Below are positions 30,528 to 42,566 of a stretch of DNA of 64,000 nucleotides, one piece after another. The stretch spans positions 38,656 through 102,655 of the forward strand of contig CAWBRS010000010.1 of assembly GCA_963791345.1 (NCBI GenBank), in the 5' to 3' direction. The DNA comes from an uncultured Thermoleophilia bacterium (GTDB lineage: Bacteria > Actinomycetota > Thermoleophilia > UBA2241). The notes below the pieces were generated by a model. It had not been told where the DNA came from. It made no database searches and was given only the letters and a program-made list of their open reading frames with translations. Numbering within the stretch: the stretch's first letter is position 1; each line of letters opens with the position of its first letter. Both the position numbers and the translations under genes were made by a program.

Positions 30528-31610
30528 ATGGCCGACATCAAGGACAAGATCCTCCCCTGGATCTGGACCGCCCCCGAGTACAACACCGGCATCCTCGACA
30601 AAGCCTGGGCACAGCCCGAGTGCGGTCGGATGATGCTGAACGAGAACCCCGTGCCCCCGTCGGACGCCGTGGTCGATGCCATCACCGAGATGGCGAAGAA
30701 GGGCAACCGCTACCCCGACCGCGCCTACCGCCTGCGCACCAAGCTGGGCGACCTGCACGGCGTGGCGGCCGAGAACATCGCGCTGGCCAACGGCTCCTCG
30801 GAGACGATCGACGCGATGATGCGCATCTTCCTCAAGCCGGGCGACGAGTTCCTCTGCTCCAACCCGACGTTCGAGATGTTCCCGTCGCGCGCCGGTCTCT
30901 GCAACGCCACGACGGTGCAGATCCCGCTGCGTGAAGAGGACCTGCAGTACGACGTCGACGGGATGCTGGCGGCGGTCAACGAGAAGACCAAGCTGATCCT
31001 CATCATCAACCCGAACAACCCGACGGGCATCTTCATCGACGACGCCGACCTCATCAGGTTCTGTGAGCTCGGGATCCCGCTCTGCATCGACGAGGCCTAC
31101 CTGGACTACCACCCGCAGGTCGAGGCCAAGATCGACCTCGTCAAGCAGTACCCGCACGTGTTCCTCTCGCACACCTTCTCGAAGGCCTTCGGCCTGGCCG
31201 GCGTGCGCTTCGGCTACGTCGTCGCCGACCCGACGCTCGTCGAGGCCTTCAACCTCATGTACCTGCCCTGGAACCTCAGCCTGATGGCGATCGCCGCCGC
31301 CGAGGCCATCCTCGACACGGGTGAGGTGAAGGAGAAGGTCGTCTACAACAACGAGTGGATGGCCACCTTCGTCGCGGAGCTCGAGGCCAAGGGCCTCAAG
31401 CCGTTCCCGCCGCACGGCAACTACATGCTGGTCGACGCCTCGGTGACCGGCAAGACGAGCGCCGAGATCGTCCAGGCCGGCATGGAGATGCAGAAGCTCT
31501 TCCTCAAGACCATCAAGCCGATCAACGGCAAGGACGGCTACTTCCGCGTCACGCCGGGCACGCCCGAGGAGAGCGAACGCTTCGTGCGCTTCGTGCGGGA
31601 GTACTTCTGA
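30528..31610 (+). CDS. Class I/II PLP-dependent aminotransferase of the HisC/CobD (histidinol-phosphate aminotransferase) family
   Basis: 360 aa with LNENPVPP, NPNNPTG, IDEAYLDY, and TFSKAFGLAGVRFGY (PLP lysine). Confidence 0.85.
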   Translation: MADIKDKILPWIWTAPEYNTGILDKAWAQPECGRMMLNENPVPPSDAVVDAITEMAKKGNRYPDRAYRLRTKLGDLHGVAAENIALANGSSETIDAMMRIFLKPGDEFLCSNPTFEMFPSRAGLCNATTVQIPLREEDLQYDVDGMLAAVNEKTKLILIINPNNPTGIFIDDADLIRFCELGIPLCIDEAYLDYHPQVEAKIDLVKQYPHVFLSHTFSKAFGLAGVRFGYVVADPTLVEAFNLMYLPWNLSLMAIAAAEAILDTGEVKEKVVYNNEWMATFVAELEAKGLKPFPPHGNYMLVDASVTGKTSAEIVQAGMEMQKLFLKTIKPINGKDGYFRVTPGTPEESERFVRFVREYF

Positions 31611-31715
31611 GACGTCTGACGCACGCACGACGCCCGGCCGCAGCCTCCGTCCTCCCCGGGTACGCCCGGGAGGGCGGGGGCTGACGGGCTTCCACTCGCG
31701 AACGAAAGGACCCAG

Positions 31716-33741
<2,026 letters not shown>

Positions 33742-33800
33742 ACGACGACCCTGCGAGCACGGACATCCCACAACGATTCACGGTGCGGAGGTCACCGAGC

Positions 33801-35210
33801 ATGAAGATATTGACCAGGATGGGTGACTCCTCGAACGTCGAGCTCACCCCGGACGAACTGCGTCAGGAGTTCGTCACGGGGTCCGAGGCCGCGGCGGTCA
33901 AGGCGAAGATCCCCACGCTGACCGAGAACGAGGTCGACTTCCTCGTCGACATGTTCTCGGCGCCGACGCGACTCTGGGGCGTGCAGCGCGGCAACGAGGT
34001 CGTGATGACCAAGGACGGCTGCGTCAACGCGCTCAACTCGTCGCGCATGTCGAGCGGCGTCGTCGCGCCGGTCAACCGCGAGGTGGGCGTGCGCCTCTTC
34101 GAGTCGATGCTCGGCTTCGACTCGATGGAGGTCTCGCACAACGACTACTCCGTGAAGCCGCAGCGCTTCCTCAAGGCCCTGGAGCAGCTGCACATGGAGC
34201 TTCTGCAGGAGACCACCATCTTCCCGCTGCTCTACGGCTTCATGCCCAACCTCGGGCTCTACTACCGCCCGGACGGGTCCTTCGAGAACCCCTCCGACCT
34301 GCTGCCCCTGGGCAAGATCGCCGAGGCCCGTCGCACGCAGGAAGAGGCGCTCGAGGCGTGCATGGAAGACTGCATCGAGATGAGCGACTGCATGGTCGCG
34401 ATGGGCGCCGACGGCATCGACTACGACACCGTCGCGTCGACCGGTGACGCCGAGTTCCTCGCCGTGCTCAAGACGACCGAGCACGTCGCCAACGAGACGG
34501 GCCTGCCGGTCGAGATCGGCATGTCGTCGGAGATGGTCCTCGGCTTCCACGGCCAGCTCGAGTACAACGGCGTCCGCCTCGCCGGCCTCTGGCCGCACCA
34601 GCAGCTCGACCTCTGCGAGCAGGCGGGCTGCGCGATCTTCGGCCCCGTCTGCAACACGAACACCAGGAAGACGGTGCCCTGGAACCTCGCCCGCGCGCTG
34701 ACGTTCGTGAAGGCCTGCACCGAGGTCGCCAAGATCCCGATCCACCCGAACGTGGGCATGGGCGTCGGCGGCGTGCCGATGTTCGAGACGCCTGCCGTCG
34801 ACGTCGTCACGCGCTGCAGCGCGGCGATGATCGAGATCGGCAAGGCCGACGGGTTGTAGGTGGGCACGGGCGACCCTGCCGGCATGCACCTGGCGCATCT
34901 GCTGGCCTCATCGATGGGTGGCATCCGGGCCGCTGGAGACCTGGTGGCGAGGATGCAGCTCAACAAGAAGATGAGGATCGACGACGCCAAGAGGTACGTG
35001 GCCGACAAGCTTCACGTGACGCCGCTCGACCTCTCCGATCCGACGCTGATGAGAGGTCTCAGGGAAGAGCTCGACATCGGCACGATCACCGGCGTCCCCG
35101 GTGTCGCGAAGGGCATCGCGGCGAAGGTACGCATCGCCGAGCTGCTCGACATCGAGATCAACTCCGTCGAGCAGTTCAAGAAGAAGACGGGCCTCGTCTC
35201 GGCGAAGTAG
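33801..35210 (+). CDS. mtbB: Dimethylamine:corrinoid methyltransferase MtbB homologue with an in-frame TAG (34857-34859) at the pyrrolysine position
   Basis: ATG 33801 lies 9 nt after GGAGG. Track ORFs 33783..34859 and 34860..35210 share one frame and are separated only by TAG. The joined ~469-aa product is collinear with archaeal MtbB as recalled ([54 protein letters not shown], ..[16 protein letters not shown].., [27 protein letters not shown]). Confidence 0.8.
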
Positions 35211-35230
35211 CCCGACCACCGAGCGACGAC

Positions 35231-35269
35231 CGCGGCCGGCCGCGCCCGAGGAGGGCGCGGCCGGCCGCG
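35231..35269 (+). terminator. GC-rich hairpin downstream of mtbB
   Basis: CGCGGCCGGCCGCGCCC-gagga-GGGCGCGGCCGGCCGCG is a perfect 17-bp stem starting 21 nt after the stop. Confidence 0.55.
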
Positions 35270-35673
35270 TCGCATCGTGGCGCCCGGGGAGGCCGCGGCC
35301 GGAGGCGCCGTCCGCCGCGACGACCTCCCTCGACCGATACTGAGGCGGTCGCCGAGTCGTCGTCACCCGGCCTGGTCGTCTGACAGCACTCTGAGTGCAC
35401 TCGGCCTCCTTCGGACCTTGACGGCGCCCCCCGTAATTGGTACAGATGACCTACACTTTGGGGACGAGGCGATGGCAGGGTGGTCTCGCGGTTGGAGTGG
35501 TGGGCACGGGAGTCGCCAAGCTGCACGCTCCGCACGGGCCTTCAATAGGCATGCGCTCCAAGCCTTTCCTGTGTCGTCGCCCTCTCCACGGCGGTGAGGT
35601 GACTACCCGCAGCACGGCTGCGAGTGGCTGGACAGGGCTCGACGGGACAGGGCGCGACGGAAGGGAGACATCG

Positions 35674-36462
35674 TTGGCAACCTCAGATGGCGCATCGGGC
35701 GGCCGGCTCGAAGGCAAGGTGGCGCTGATCACCGGCGCGGGCATGGGTCAGGGCCGTGAGGCATGCAAGGTCTTCTCGCGCGAGGGCGCACGTATCATCG
35801 CCGTCGATGTCGACGAGACCGCGCTGCAAGAGACGTGTGCCCTCGTGGAAGGGAACGGGGGCGAGATCGCGCCGTTCGTCGCCGACGTCAGCGACGAGGC
35901 CCAGGTGCGCGACGCCGTCGAGGGCGGCTACCGGCGCTTCGGCGAGCTGCACATCGTCTACAACAACGCCGGGGTCCTGTGGCGGGACCGCGACCTCTCG
36001 GTCGTCGACACGCCGCGGGAGAACTGGGACCGCGTCATCGCCATCAACCTCACGGGTCCCTATCTCGTCTGCAAGTACGCCGTGCCGAAGCTGATCGACG
36101 GCGGCGGAGGAGCCATCCTCAACATCGGATCGATCTCCGCCGTGGTGGGCTTCACTCGGCCCCAGGACGCCTACACCAGCGCCAAGGGAGCCCTCATCGC
36201 GCTGACGAAGTCGCTGGCCGTGCAGTACGCCAAGGACCACATCAGGGCGAACATCATCCACCCCGGCTTCATCGACACGCCGATGCAGGCGGAGGAGCTC
36301 GCCGATCCGGGCTTCGTGAAGGCCGTCGAGGAGTCGATCCCGCTGGGTCGCATCGGCAAGCCGAACGACATCGCGCGGGCCGCCCTGTTCCTCTGCAGCG
36401 ACGAGGCGTCGTGGGTGACGGGAGCGGAGCTCGTCGTCGACGGCGGCTTCCTGGCCACGTGA
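35674..36462 (+). CDS. Short-chain dehydrogenase/reductase (SDR)
   Basis: TTG 35674 follows AAGGGAG. Motifs are GKVALITGAGMGQG, NNAG and YTSAKGA. The in-frame sequence upstream (from ATG 35437) has low third-position GC and looks non-coding. Confidence 0.8.
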   Translation: MATSDGASGGRLEGKVALITGAGMGQGREACKVFSREGARIIAVDVDETALQETCALVEGNGGEIAPFVADVSDEAQVRDAVEGGYRRFGELHIVYNNAGVLWRDRDLSVVDTPRENWDRVIAINLTGPYLVCKYAVPKLIDGGGGAILNIGSISAVVGFTRPQDAYTSAKGALIALTKSLAVQYAKDHIRANIIHPGFIDTPMQAEELADPGFVKAVEESIPLGRIGKPNDIARAALFLCSDEASWVTGAELVVDGGFLAT

Positions 36463-36487
36463 GCGCGCGGACGCGGAGGGCCTGGCG

Positions 36488-37945
36488 ATGAGCGATCCGA
36501 CCGGGGCGAGAGCGTGGCAGGTCGCCTCGTTCGACGATCTCCGGCGCCACATCGAGGAGCATCGCATCGAGATGGTGTGCCTGCGGTCGGTCGACCTCAA
36601 CGGCACGTCGCGACAGCTGTGCCTGCCGGCGGCGACGGTGAGCGAGGACCTGATGACCGGCGGCATCGGCATCGGGGCCTCGTCGTTCCCCGGCGTGAGC
36701 GGCCTGGAGGCATCGGACATGAGGGCCCTGCCCGACCTCGGCAGGGTGTTCGTCGATCCCTGCACCGACACCCCCACGCTGGTGCTCGTCTGCGACGTCG
36801 TGAAGGCCGACGGCTCGCCCTTCGTCCGCGACGGTCGCGCGATCCTGCGCCGCGCCGCCGAGGAGCTCGCCGCCGTCTCGGGGGCGCTCGGGCTGCTGGC
36901 GCTGCCGGAGCTCGAGTTCTACATCTTCGACGACGTGCGCTACGCGACCGAGATGAACCGCGCGTCGTACGTGGTCGACACCGTGGAGGGCCGCTGGAAC
37001 ACGGACCGGCGCGAAGAGCCGAACCTGGGCTACAAGCTCGAACGGTTCCGCGGCATGCAGGCCATCCCGCCTCGCGACCACCTGTACGAGCTGCGCAGCG
37101 AGATGGTCTCGGCGATGCTCGCCTGCGGCGTACCCGTGAAGTACCACCACCACGAGGCCGGCGGACCGGCGCAGTGCGAGATCGAGCTGGCGTTCACGCC
37201 CATCGTCGAGGCCGCCGACCATCTGCAGATCGCCAAGGACGTCGTCAAGCAGGTGGCGGTCCGCAACGGGCACCTGGCGACCTTCATGCCGAAGCCCCTG
37301 TTCGACGAGGCGGGCAACGGCATGCACGTCCACTTCAACCTCACCGACGGTCGGCAGTCCCTCTTCTACGAGGCGGGGGAGTACGGGTGCCTGAGCGAGC
37401 TGGCACGCTTCGCCATCGGCGGCCTGCTGCACCACACGCCGGCGCTCATGGCGCTGACGAACTGCACCACGAACTCCTACCGGCGCTTCGGTCAGCTCGC
37501 GGCGCCCACCAGCCTGTTCTACTCCGTGGGCAACCGCTCGGCCGCCGTCCGGGTCCCGGCCTACGGCATGACGCCGACGGATCAGCGCATCGAGTATCGG
37601 GTCGCCGACGCGGCGGGCAACGTGCACGTGAAGCTCGCGGCTCTGGCGGCGGCGATGGCCGACGGGATACGACAGCGCATCGCCCCGCAGGAGCACGGCT
37701 TCGGCCCCTGGGACGTGAACGCGTACGAGCTCCCGGCGGAGGAACGGGCAGCCATGAAGAAGGCCCCCACGAGGTTCGAGGACGCGCTCGCCGCGCTGCG
37801 CGCCGATCATGCCTTCCTCGAGGCCGGCGGCGTCTTCGATGAAGGGTTCGTCGAGGCGTGGGCGCAGTTGAAGATGGAGCAGGAGGTGGAGGCCGTGGCC
37901 GTTCGACCCCACCCCTATGAGTTCACCCTGTACCTGGATCGGTGA
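36488..37945 (+). CDS. Glutamine synthetase family protein (type I-like glutamate-ammonia/amine ligase)
   Basis: 485 aa with LPELEFYIF, KYHHHEAGGPAQCEIEL, ATFMPKPLFDEAGNGMHVHFNL, and NSYRRF. Confidence 0.85.
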   Translation: MSDPTGARAWQVASFDDLRRHIEEHRIEMVCLRSVDLNGTSRQLCLPAATVSEDLMTGGIGIGASSFPGVSGLEASDMRALPDLGRVFVDPCTDTPTLVLVCDVVKADGSPFVRDGRAILRRAAEELAAVSGALGLLALPELEFYIFDDVRYATEMNRASYVVDTVEGRWNTDRREEPNLGYKLERFRGMQAIPPRDHLYELRSEMVSAMLACGVPVKYHHHEAGGPAQCEIELAFTPIVEAADHLQIAKDVVKQVAVRNGHLATFMPKPLFDEAGNGMHVHFNLTDGRQSLFYEAGEYGCLSELARFAIGGLLHHTPALMALTNCTTNSYRRFGQLAAPTSLFYSVGNRSAAVRVPAYGMTPTDQRIEYRVADAAGNVHVKLAALAAAMADGIRQRIAPQEHGFGPWDVNAYELPAEERAAMKKAPTRFEDALAALRADHAFLEAGGVFDEGFVEAWAQLKMEQEVEAVAVRPHPYEFTLYLDR

Positions 37946-38003
37946 TCCGACGGATCAACCCTCCGATCACGCAGCTTCGGCACGGACCTGAAGGAGTCTG
38001 AGG

Positions 38004-39445
38004 ATGGACGCGAAGGATGGTCGCGAGTCCACGACGACGGCGAGCGCCGGCGTCGTGCCGGCGGGAGTGCGCACCGCTCAAGAGGCTCGGGAGTACCTGG
38101 CCGAGCACCGCATCGACAACGTCCGGCTGGTCGTCACCGACCTCATGGGGATGGCTCGCGGGAAGCGGGTGCCCGTCGAGAAGTTCCTCAAGGCCTGCGA
38201 AGGCGGCCTCACCTACTGCCTCGCGCACTACGGATTCACGATCGACTCGGACATGGTGCCCGACCTGCCCGGTCTCGGCTGGGCGAGCGGTTTCCCCGAC
38301 GCCGTGATGTGGCCCGATCTCGGCACGCTCACGATCCTGCCGTGGGACGAGGGCTCGGCGTGGGTCATCTGCGACATGCGCTATCAGGACGGCAGCGACG
38401 TGCCCTACGACCCGCGCAACGTCCTCAAACGGCAGATAGCCAAGCTCGGCGAGTCGGACGCCGCGCTGGTGGTCGGCCTCGAGTACGAGTGCTACGTGCT
38501 CAGGGAGACCCAGCAGTCGCTGCGCGCCAAGATGTGGGACCCGGCGCAGTTCGAGGGACTCTTCGTGGGCGGCGGCTGCTACGACCAGGTGCGCACAGGG
38601 GTGGCGGGTCCGCTGATGAAGGACATCTGGCGCAACCTCTGTCGCGCCGGCGTGCCGCTGGACTCGTTCCACATCGAGCTGGGAGGCGGTCACCTCGAAT
38701 TCCCCATGAAGGAGGCCGAGGCGCTGGCGGCGGCAGACAGGGCGATCCTGCTCAAGGTGGCGATCAAGGAGATCTGCCAGCAGCACGGCCTGATGGCGAC
38801 GTTCATGGCCAAGATCGACCCCTCGTACGAGGGCCTCTCCGGCGCCGTGCACCACAGCCTGGTGGACGGGTCCGGCGCCAATCTCTTCTACGACGCGGGG
38901 CGGCCGAACGGCCTGTCGGCGGTCTTCGACCACTGGTGCGAAGGCCTGCTCCAGAACGTGGTCGACATGACGTTGATGTTGCTGCCCAACTACAACTCCT
39001 ACAAACGCCCGGTCCCCGGTTCGTACGTCGGCAACTCGACGACCTGGGGGGTCGAGAGTCGAGCCACCGCCTTCAGGGTCATCAACTTCGACCCCCACGC
39101 CGTGCGCATCGAGGCGCGCCTGGCGGCCGCCGACGCCAACCCGTATCTCGCCGTGGCCGCCACGCTCGCCGCCGGCAGCTACGGTCTGCGCAACCAGCTT
39201 GACCGTGCGGCCACTCTTCACCGGGACCGACCCGGCGATCGACGATCAGGGGCGGGCGGACGTGCAGTACATCCCGGCCTCCCTCGAGGCGGCGATCAGT
39301 CAGTTCGAGGGCAGCACGCGGATGCGCGAGTTCTTCGGCGACACGTTCTGCGACGGCGTTCCTGGCGCACCGGAGGAACGATCTCGACTGGTTCCGGCAG
39401 AGGGTGAGCGATCTGGAGCGGGCCCGCTACATGGAGTACGTCTAA
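38004..39445 (+). pseudogene. Glutamine-synthetase-like gamma-glutamyl-amine ligase (GlnA3/GlnA4/PuuA-like) with two 3'-proximal frameshifts (or assembly indels)
   Basis: Motifs are GLEYECYVL, SFHIELGGGHLEFPM, ATFMAKI..GLSGAVHHSL, and NSYKR. The C-terminus continues in two other frames: ..PLFTGTDPAIDDQGRADVQYIPASLEAAISQFEGSTRMREFFGDTF (from ~39195), then FLAHRRNDLDWFRQRVSDLERARYMEYV-TAA (from ~39357). Confidence 0.8.
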
Positions 39446-39470
39446 GCACGTCGGAGCGCGGAGGACGTCT

Positions 39471-41401
39471 GTGGCAGACGAAGCGACAGCACAGGGCTAC
39501 AACCGCAGGATCCTGCATGCCGACCTCGGCAGCGGCACCCTCGAGGTCGAAGAGCCCTCCCCAGGCTTCTATCGGACCTACCTGGGCGGCGGTCTCCTCG
39601 GGTCCTACTACGTGTTCAAGGGGACGCCGCCCGGGGTCGACCCCCTCTCTCCGGAGAACGTCCTGGTCTTCGCGCCCAGCGTCGTCACCGGAGCTGCCGT
39701 CATGGGTGCGAGCCGTTTCAACGTGAGCGCGAAGTCGCCCCTGACGGGTGCCATCGGAGACGCGCAATGCGGCGGGGACTGGGGCGCGAGACTGAAGCAC
39801 GCGGGCTTCGACGCGGTGGTCGTCAAGGGCCGTTCGCCGAAGCCCGTGTACCTGTGGATCGACGGGGGCCGAGCCGAGATCAGAGACGCGGCTCATCTGT
39901 GGGGAAAGACGACGGGAGACGCCCAGGCGCTGATCCGCAGCGAGCTCGAGGACGCCCGTGTGGAGGTCGCCCAGATCGGCCCTGCGGGGGAGAACCTGGT
40001 GCGCTTCGCCTGCATCACCGGTGGTCTCAGCCACTTCGCCGGGAGGACCGGCATGGGCGCCGTCATGGGCTCCAAGAACCTGAAGGCGATCGCGGTCCGC
40101 GGACGCCGGGCTACGGCTTCCACGACAAGGAGGCGCTCCAGGAGCTGGCGCGGAAGGGAGCGGCGGATTTCCGCGCCTCGGAGGGGCTCCAGGCGTTCGC
40201 CACGCACGGCACCGCCCTGCTCGTGTCCGTCAACAGAGGCAGGGGCAACATCGCCACCCGCAACTTCAGCGAGGGCGACCTCGAGGGCCTCGAGGCCCTC
40301 TACGGCGAGACGATGACCGAGAGCATCCTCAGCGGGAGAGACACCTGCTGGTCGTGCCCGATCAGGTGCAAGCGCGTCGTGGAGACGGAGGCCCCCTACA
40401 GGATCGAGCCGGAGTACGGCGGTCCGGAGTTCGAGACGCTCGTCACGCTGGGTCCCAACCTCGGGATCTGCGATCTGGACGTCGTCGCGAAGGCGTCGGA
40501 GATCTGCAACAAGTACGGGATGGACACCATCAGCGCCGGTGGCGTCATCGCCCTGGCGATGGAGTGCGCCGAGAGGGGGCTCATCGACGATCCCCGCGTC
40601 TCGGGTCGTGCACTCCGCTTCGGCGACGGCGAGGCCGTCCTCGGCCTTCTCGAGATGATCGCGCGGCGCGAGGGGATCGGGGACCTGCTCGCCGAGGGGC
40701 CGCAGCGAGCGGCGTCGGCGTGGGGGAGGGGCAGTGAAGACCTGGGCATCCACACCAAGAACCAGGCCTTCGCCGCGCACATGCCGCAGGTCAAGCCCAG
40801 CATGGCGCTGATCTACGCCGTGAGCCCGTCGGGGCCCGACCACATGGCGTGCGAGCACGACTGGATCGGAGCTACCGACAGCGATCTGTCCCGCGGCCTC
40901 GGCATCACGGAGACGACCGAGCTCGAGAGCCTGGACACGGCGAAGGTCAAGGCCACCATGCTCTCCCAGCTCTACTACAGCGCGATGGACACGCTCACGG
41001 TCTGCCACTTCATCTGGGGGCCGGGAGCTGTCTACACCTACGACGAGCTGTGCCGGTTGGTCCGCGACGTCACCGGGTGGACCGTGAGTCTCTGGGAGCT
41101 GATGCGGGCCGGCGAGCGGCGCGTGACCCTGATGAAGGCGTTCAACGTGAGGGAGGGCCTGGGCGTCGAGTCCGACACGATGCCGGGCAGGATGTTCGAG
41201 CCTCTGCGGGGAGGGGCGCGCGACGGCGCCCGAGTCGACGGTGAGCGCTTCGCCGCGGCACGCTCCGAGTACTACGGCGTCATGGGCTGGGACGAGGAGA
41301 CGGGCGTGCCGACTCACGGCAAGCTGATGGACCTCGGGCTGGACTGGGTCATCCCCGCGCTCGACGACCCGGCGCGGTCGTCAGGAGCAGCGTGCTGCTG
41401 A
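39471..41401 (+). pseudogene. Aldehyde:ferredoxin oxidoreductase (tungsto-/molybdopterin AOR family) with one frameshift at ~40100 (or assembly indel)
   Basis: GTG follows GGAGGA. It has the AOR N-domain (RILHADLGSGTLEVEE...GGGLLGSYY), the 4Fe-4S motif DTCWSCPIRC, and a collinear C-terminal domain in track ORF 39767..41401. The junction lies between KAIAVRG and PGYGFHDKEAL. Confidence 0.85.
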
Positions 41402-41625
41402 AGGTCAGATTCTCCGGCTTCCCGCCGTCGCTCCTGCCGCGCCCCGCGGCGGAGACGGCCGTCGAGGCCGAGCCCGGCATCACCCTGGCGGGCGTGATGC
41501 GGTCGCTGGACGTGCCCGAGGGATCGGGGATGGCGTTCGTGGTCAACGGCCGCGTCCGGCCGCCTGAGTACCAGCCCGAGGATGGCGATGACATCGCCGC
41601 CGTCCGGTCGCTGGCCGGAGGGTGA
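41392..41625 (+). CDS. MoaD/ThiS-family ubiquitin-like small protein
   Basis: 77 aa ending in ..RSLAGG (C-terminal Gly-Gly). It overlaps the AOR stop. Small beta-grasp proteins commonly accompany AOR genes. Confidence 0.6.
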   Translation: MLLKVRFSGFPPSLLPRPAAETAVEAEPGITLAGVMRSLDVPEGSGMAFVVNGRVRPPEYQPEDGDDIAAVRSLAGG

Positions 41626-42403
41626 CCGGGCCGTCGTGAGCGCGAACCACGACAGCTTCCTCCCGCCGCGCGGGACGCGAGGGGAGATAGCCGAGGAGCT
41701 GCGCCGTCGCATCCGGGGCGGCGAGTTGCCGCCCGGGCAGCGCCTGCCGACCGAGCGCGAGCTGGCCGAGGAGCTCGCTGTGTCGCGCACGACCGTGCGC
41801 GAAGCGCTGCAGGCTCTCAGGGAGGAGGGTTTCGTCGCCACGGTCCGCGGGCGCGCGGGCGGCAACTTCGTCACCGACCTCGCCCAGCCGCAGGCGCTCT
41901 GGTACGAGCGCATCCGGCAGGATCCGGGGGAGCTGGACCAGCTCTTCGACTACCGCATCGCTCTCGAATCCCGGAGCGCCTACCTCGCCGCCAGCCGGCG
42001 AGACGGCCACGCCCTGGCGACGATGCGCGAGAGCGTCCATCTGCTGGAGACGCGCGCGGCAGTCTCCCCGGAGGAGTACCAGGTCGCCTTCCGTCGGGCC
42101 GACGCGGCGTTCCACGAAGCTGTCGCCCAGGCCGCGCACAACGATCGCCTGTATCGGGCCATACGTGCGGCGCGGGGCGACATCTTCTTCCCCTTCGACC
42201 AGCTGCCGCATCCCGTCTACGTGACGCCGACCCTCGAGGCACACGCGATGATCCTGCAGGCCGTCCGCTCGGGGAACCCTCCGGCGGCGGCGAGCGCGAT
42301 GGAGACTCACCTCGAGCGGACCCGGATCGAGCTTGGCACGATCATCCTCATGATGACCGGCCGCATGTCGGACGGCGAAGAAGGCCCGGGCTCTCGTGAG
42401 TAG
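41582..42403 (+). CDS. GntR family transcriptional regulator (FadR/FCD subfamily)
   Basis: The wHTH is LPPGQRLPTERELAEELAVSRTTVREALQALREEGFVATVRGRAGGNFV, followed by an FCD-like C-domain. The start is uncertain: ATG 41582 overlaps the moaD-like gene, and GTG 41636 is the alternative. Ends in TAG. Confidence 0.8.
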   Translation: MAMTSPPSGRWPEGDRAVVSANHDSFLPPRGTRGEIAEELRRRIRGGELPPGQRLPTERELAEELAVSRTTVREALQALREEGFVATVRGRAGGNFVTDLAQPQALWYERIRQDPGELDQLFDYRIALESRSAYLAASRRDGHALATMRESVHLLETRAAVSPEEYQVAFRRADAAFHEAVAQAAHNDRLYRAIRAARGDIFFPFDQLPHPVYVTPTLEAHAMILQAVRSGNPPAAASAMETHLERTRIELGTIILMMTGRMSDGEEGPGSRE

Positions 42404-42566
42404 GGCCTCGTCGACGCCCGTGTGGCGGCCCGGGCCGGAGCGGCCGCACTCGCGGCGGCGCCAAGACTTCGTGCGGCGGGGGAAGGGAGGTCTTGACAAC
42501 ATCTCGGGCGAGGGAACAAGGTACGCGACAATGGCCACACCGGATTTCTGACTGAAGGGGGTCACT

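Noticed and set aside
34860-35210. A 116-aa ORF starting with GTG immediately after the TAG, as an independent gene (split MtbB).
   Set aside because: No RBS precedes it. It is in frame with and contiguous to the upstream ORF, and it corresponds exactly to the MtbB C-terminus after the Pyl residue. A split-gene or nonsense-pseudogene explanation cannot be fully excluded without finding pyl genes.
35437-35673. ATG 35437 as the SDR start, giving a 79-aa N-terminal extension.
   Set aside because: The extension has many A/T-ending codons, unlike all confident genes here. It has no SDR homology. The Rossmann motif begins right after TTG 35674, which has its own RBS.
35280-35673. Possible TPP, cobalamin or glutamine riboswitch in the mtbB-SDR intergenic region (strings such as ctgagg...acccggcctgg and gacggaaggg).
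   Set aside because: There are only short partial matches to the conserved cores I remember. No convincing consensus helices could be traced by eye. It is kept only as an unclassified leader candidate.
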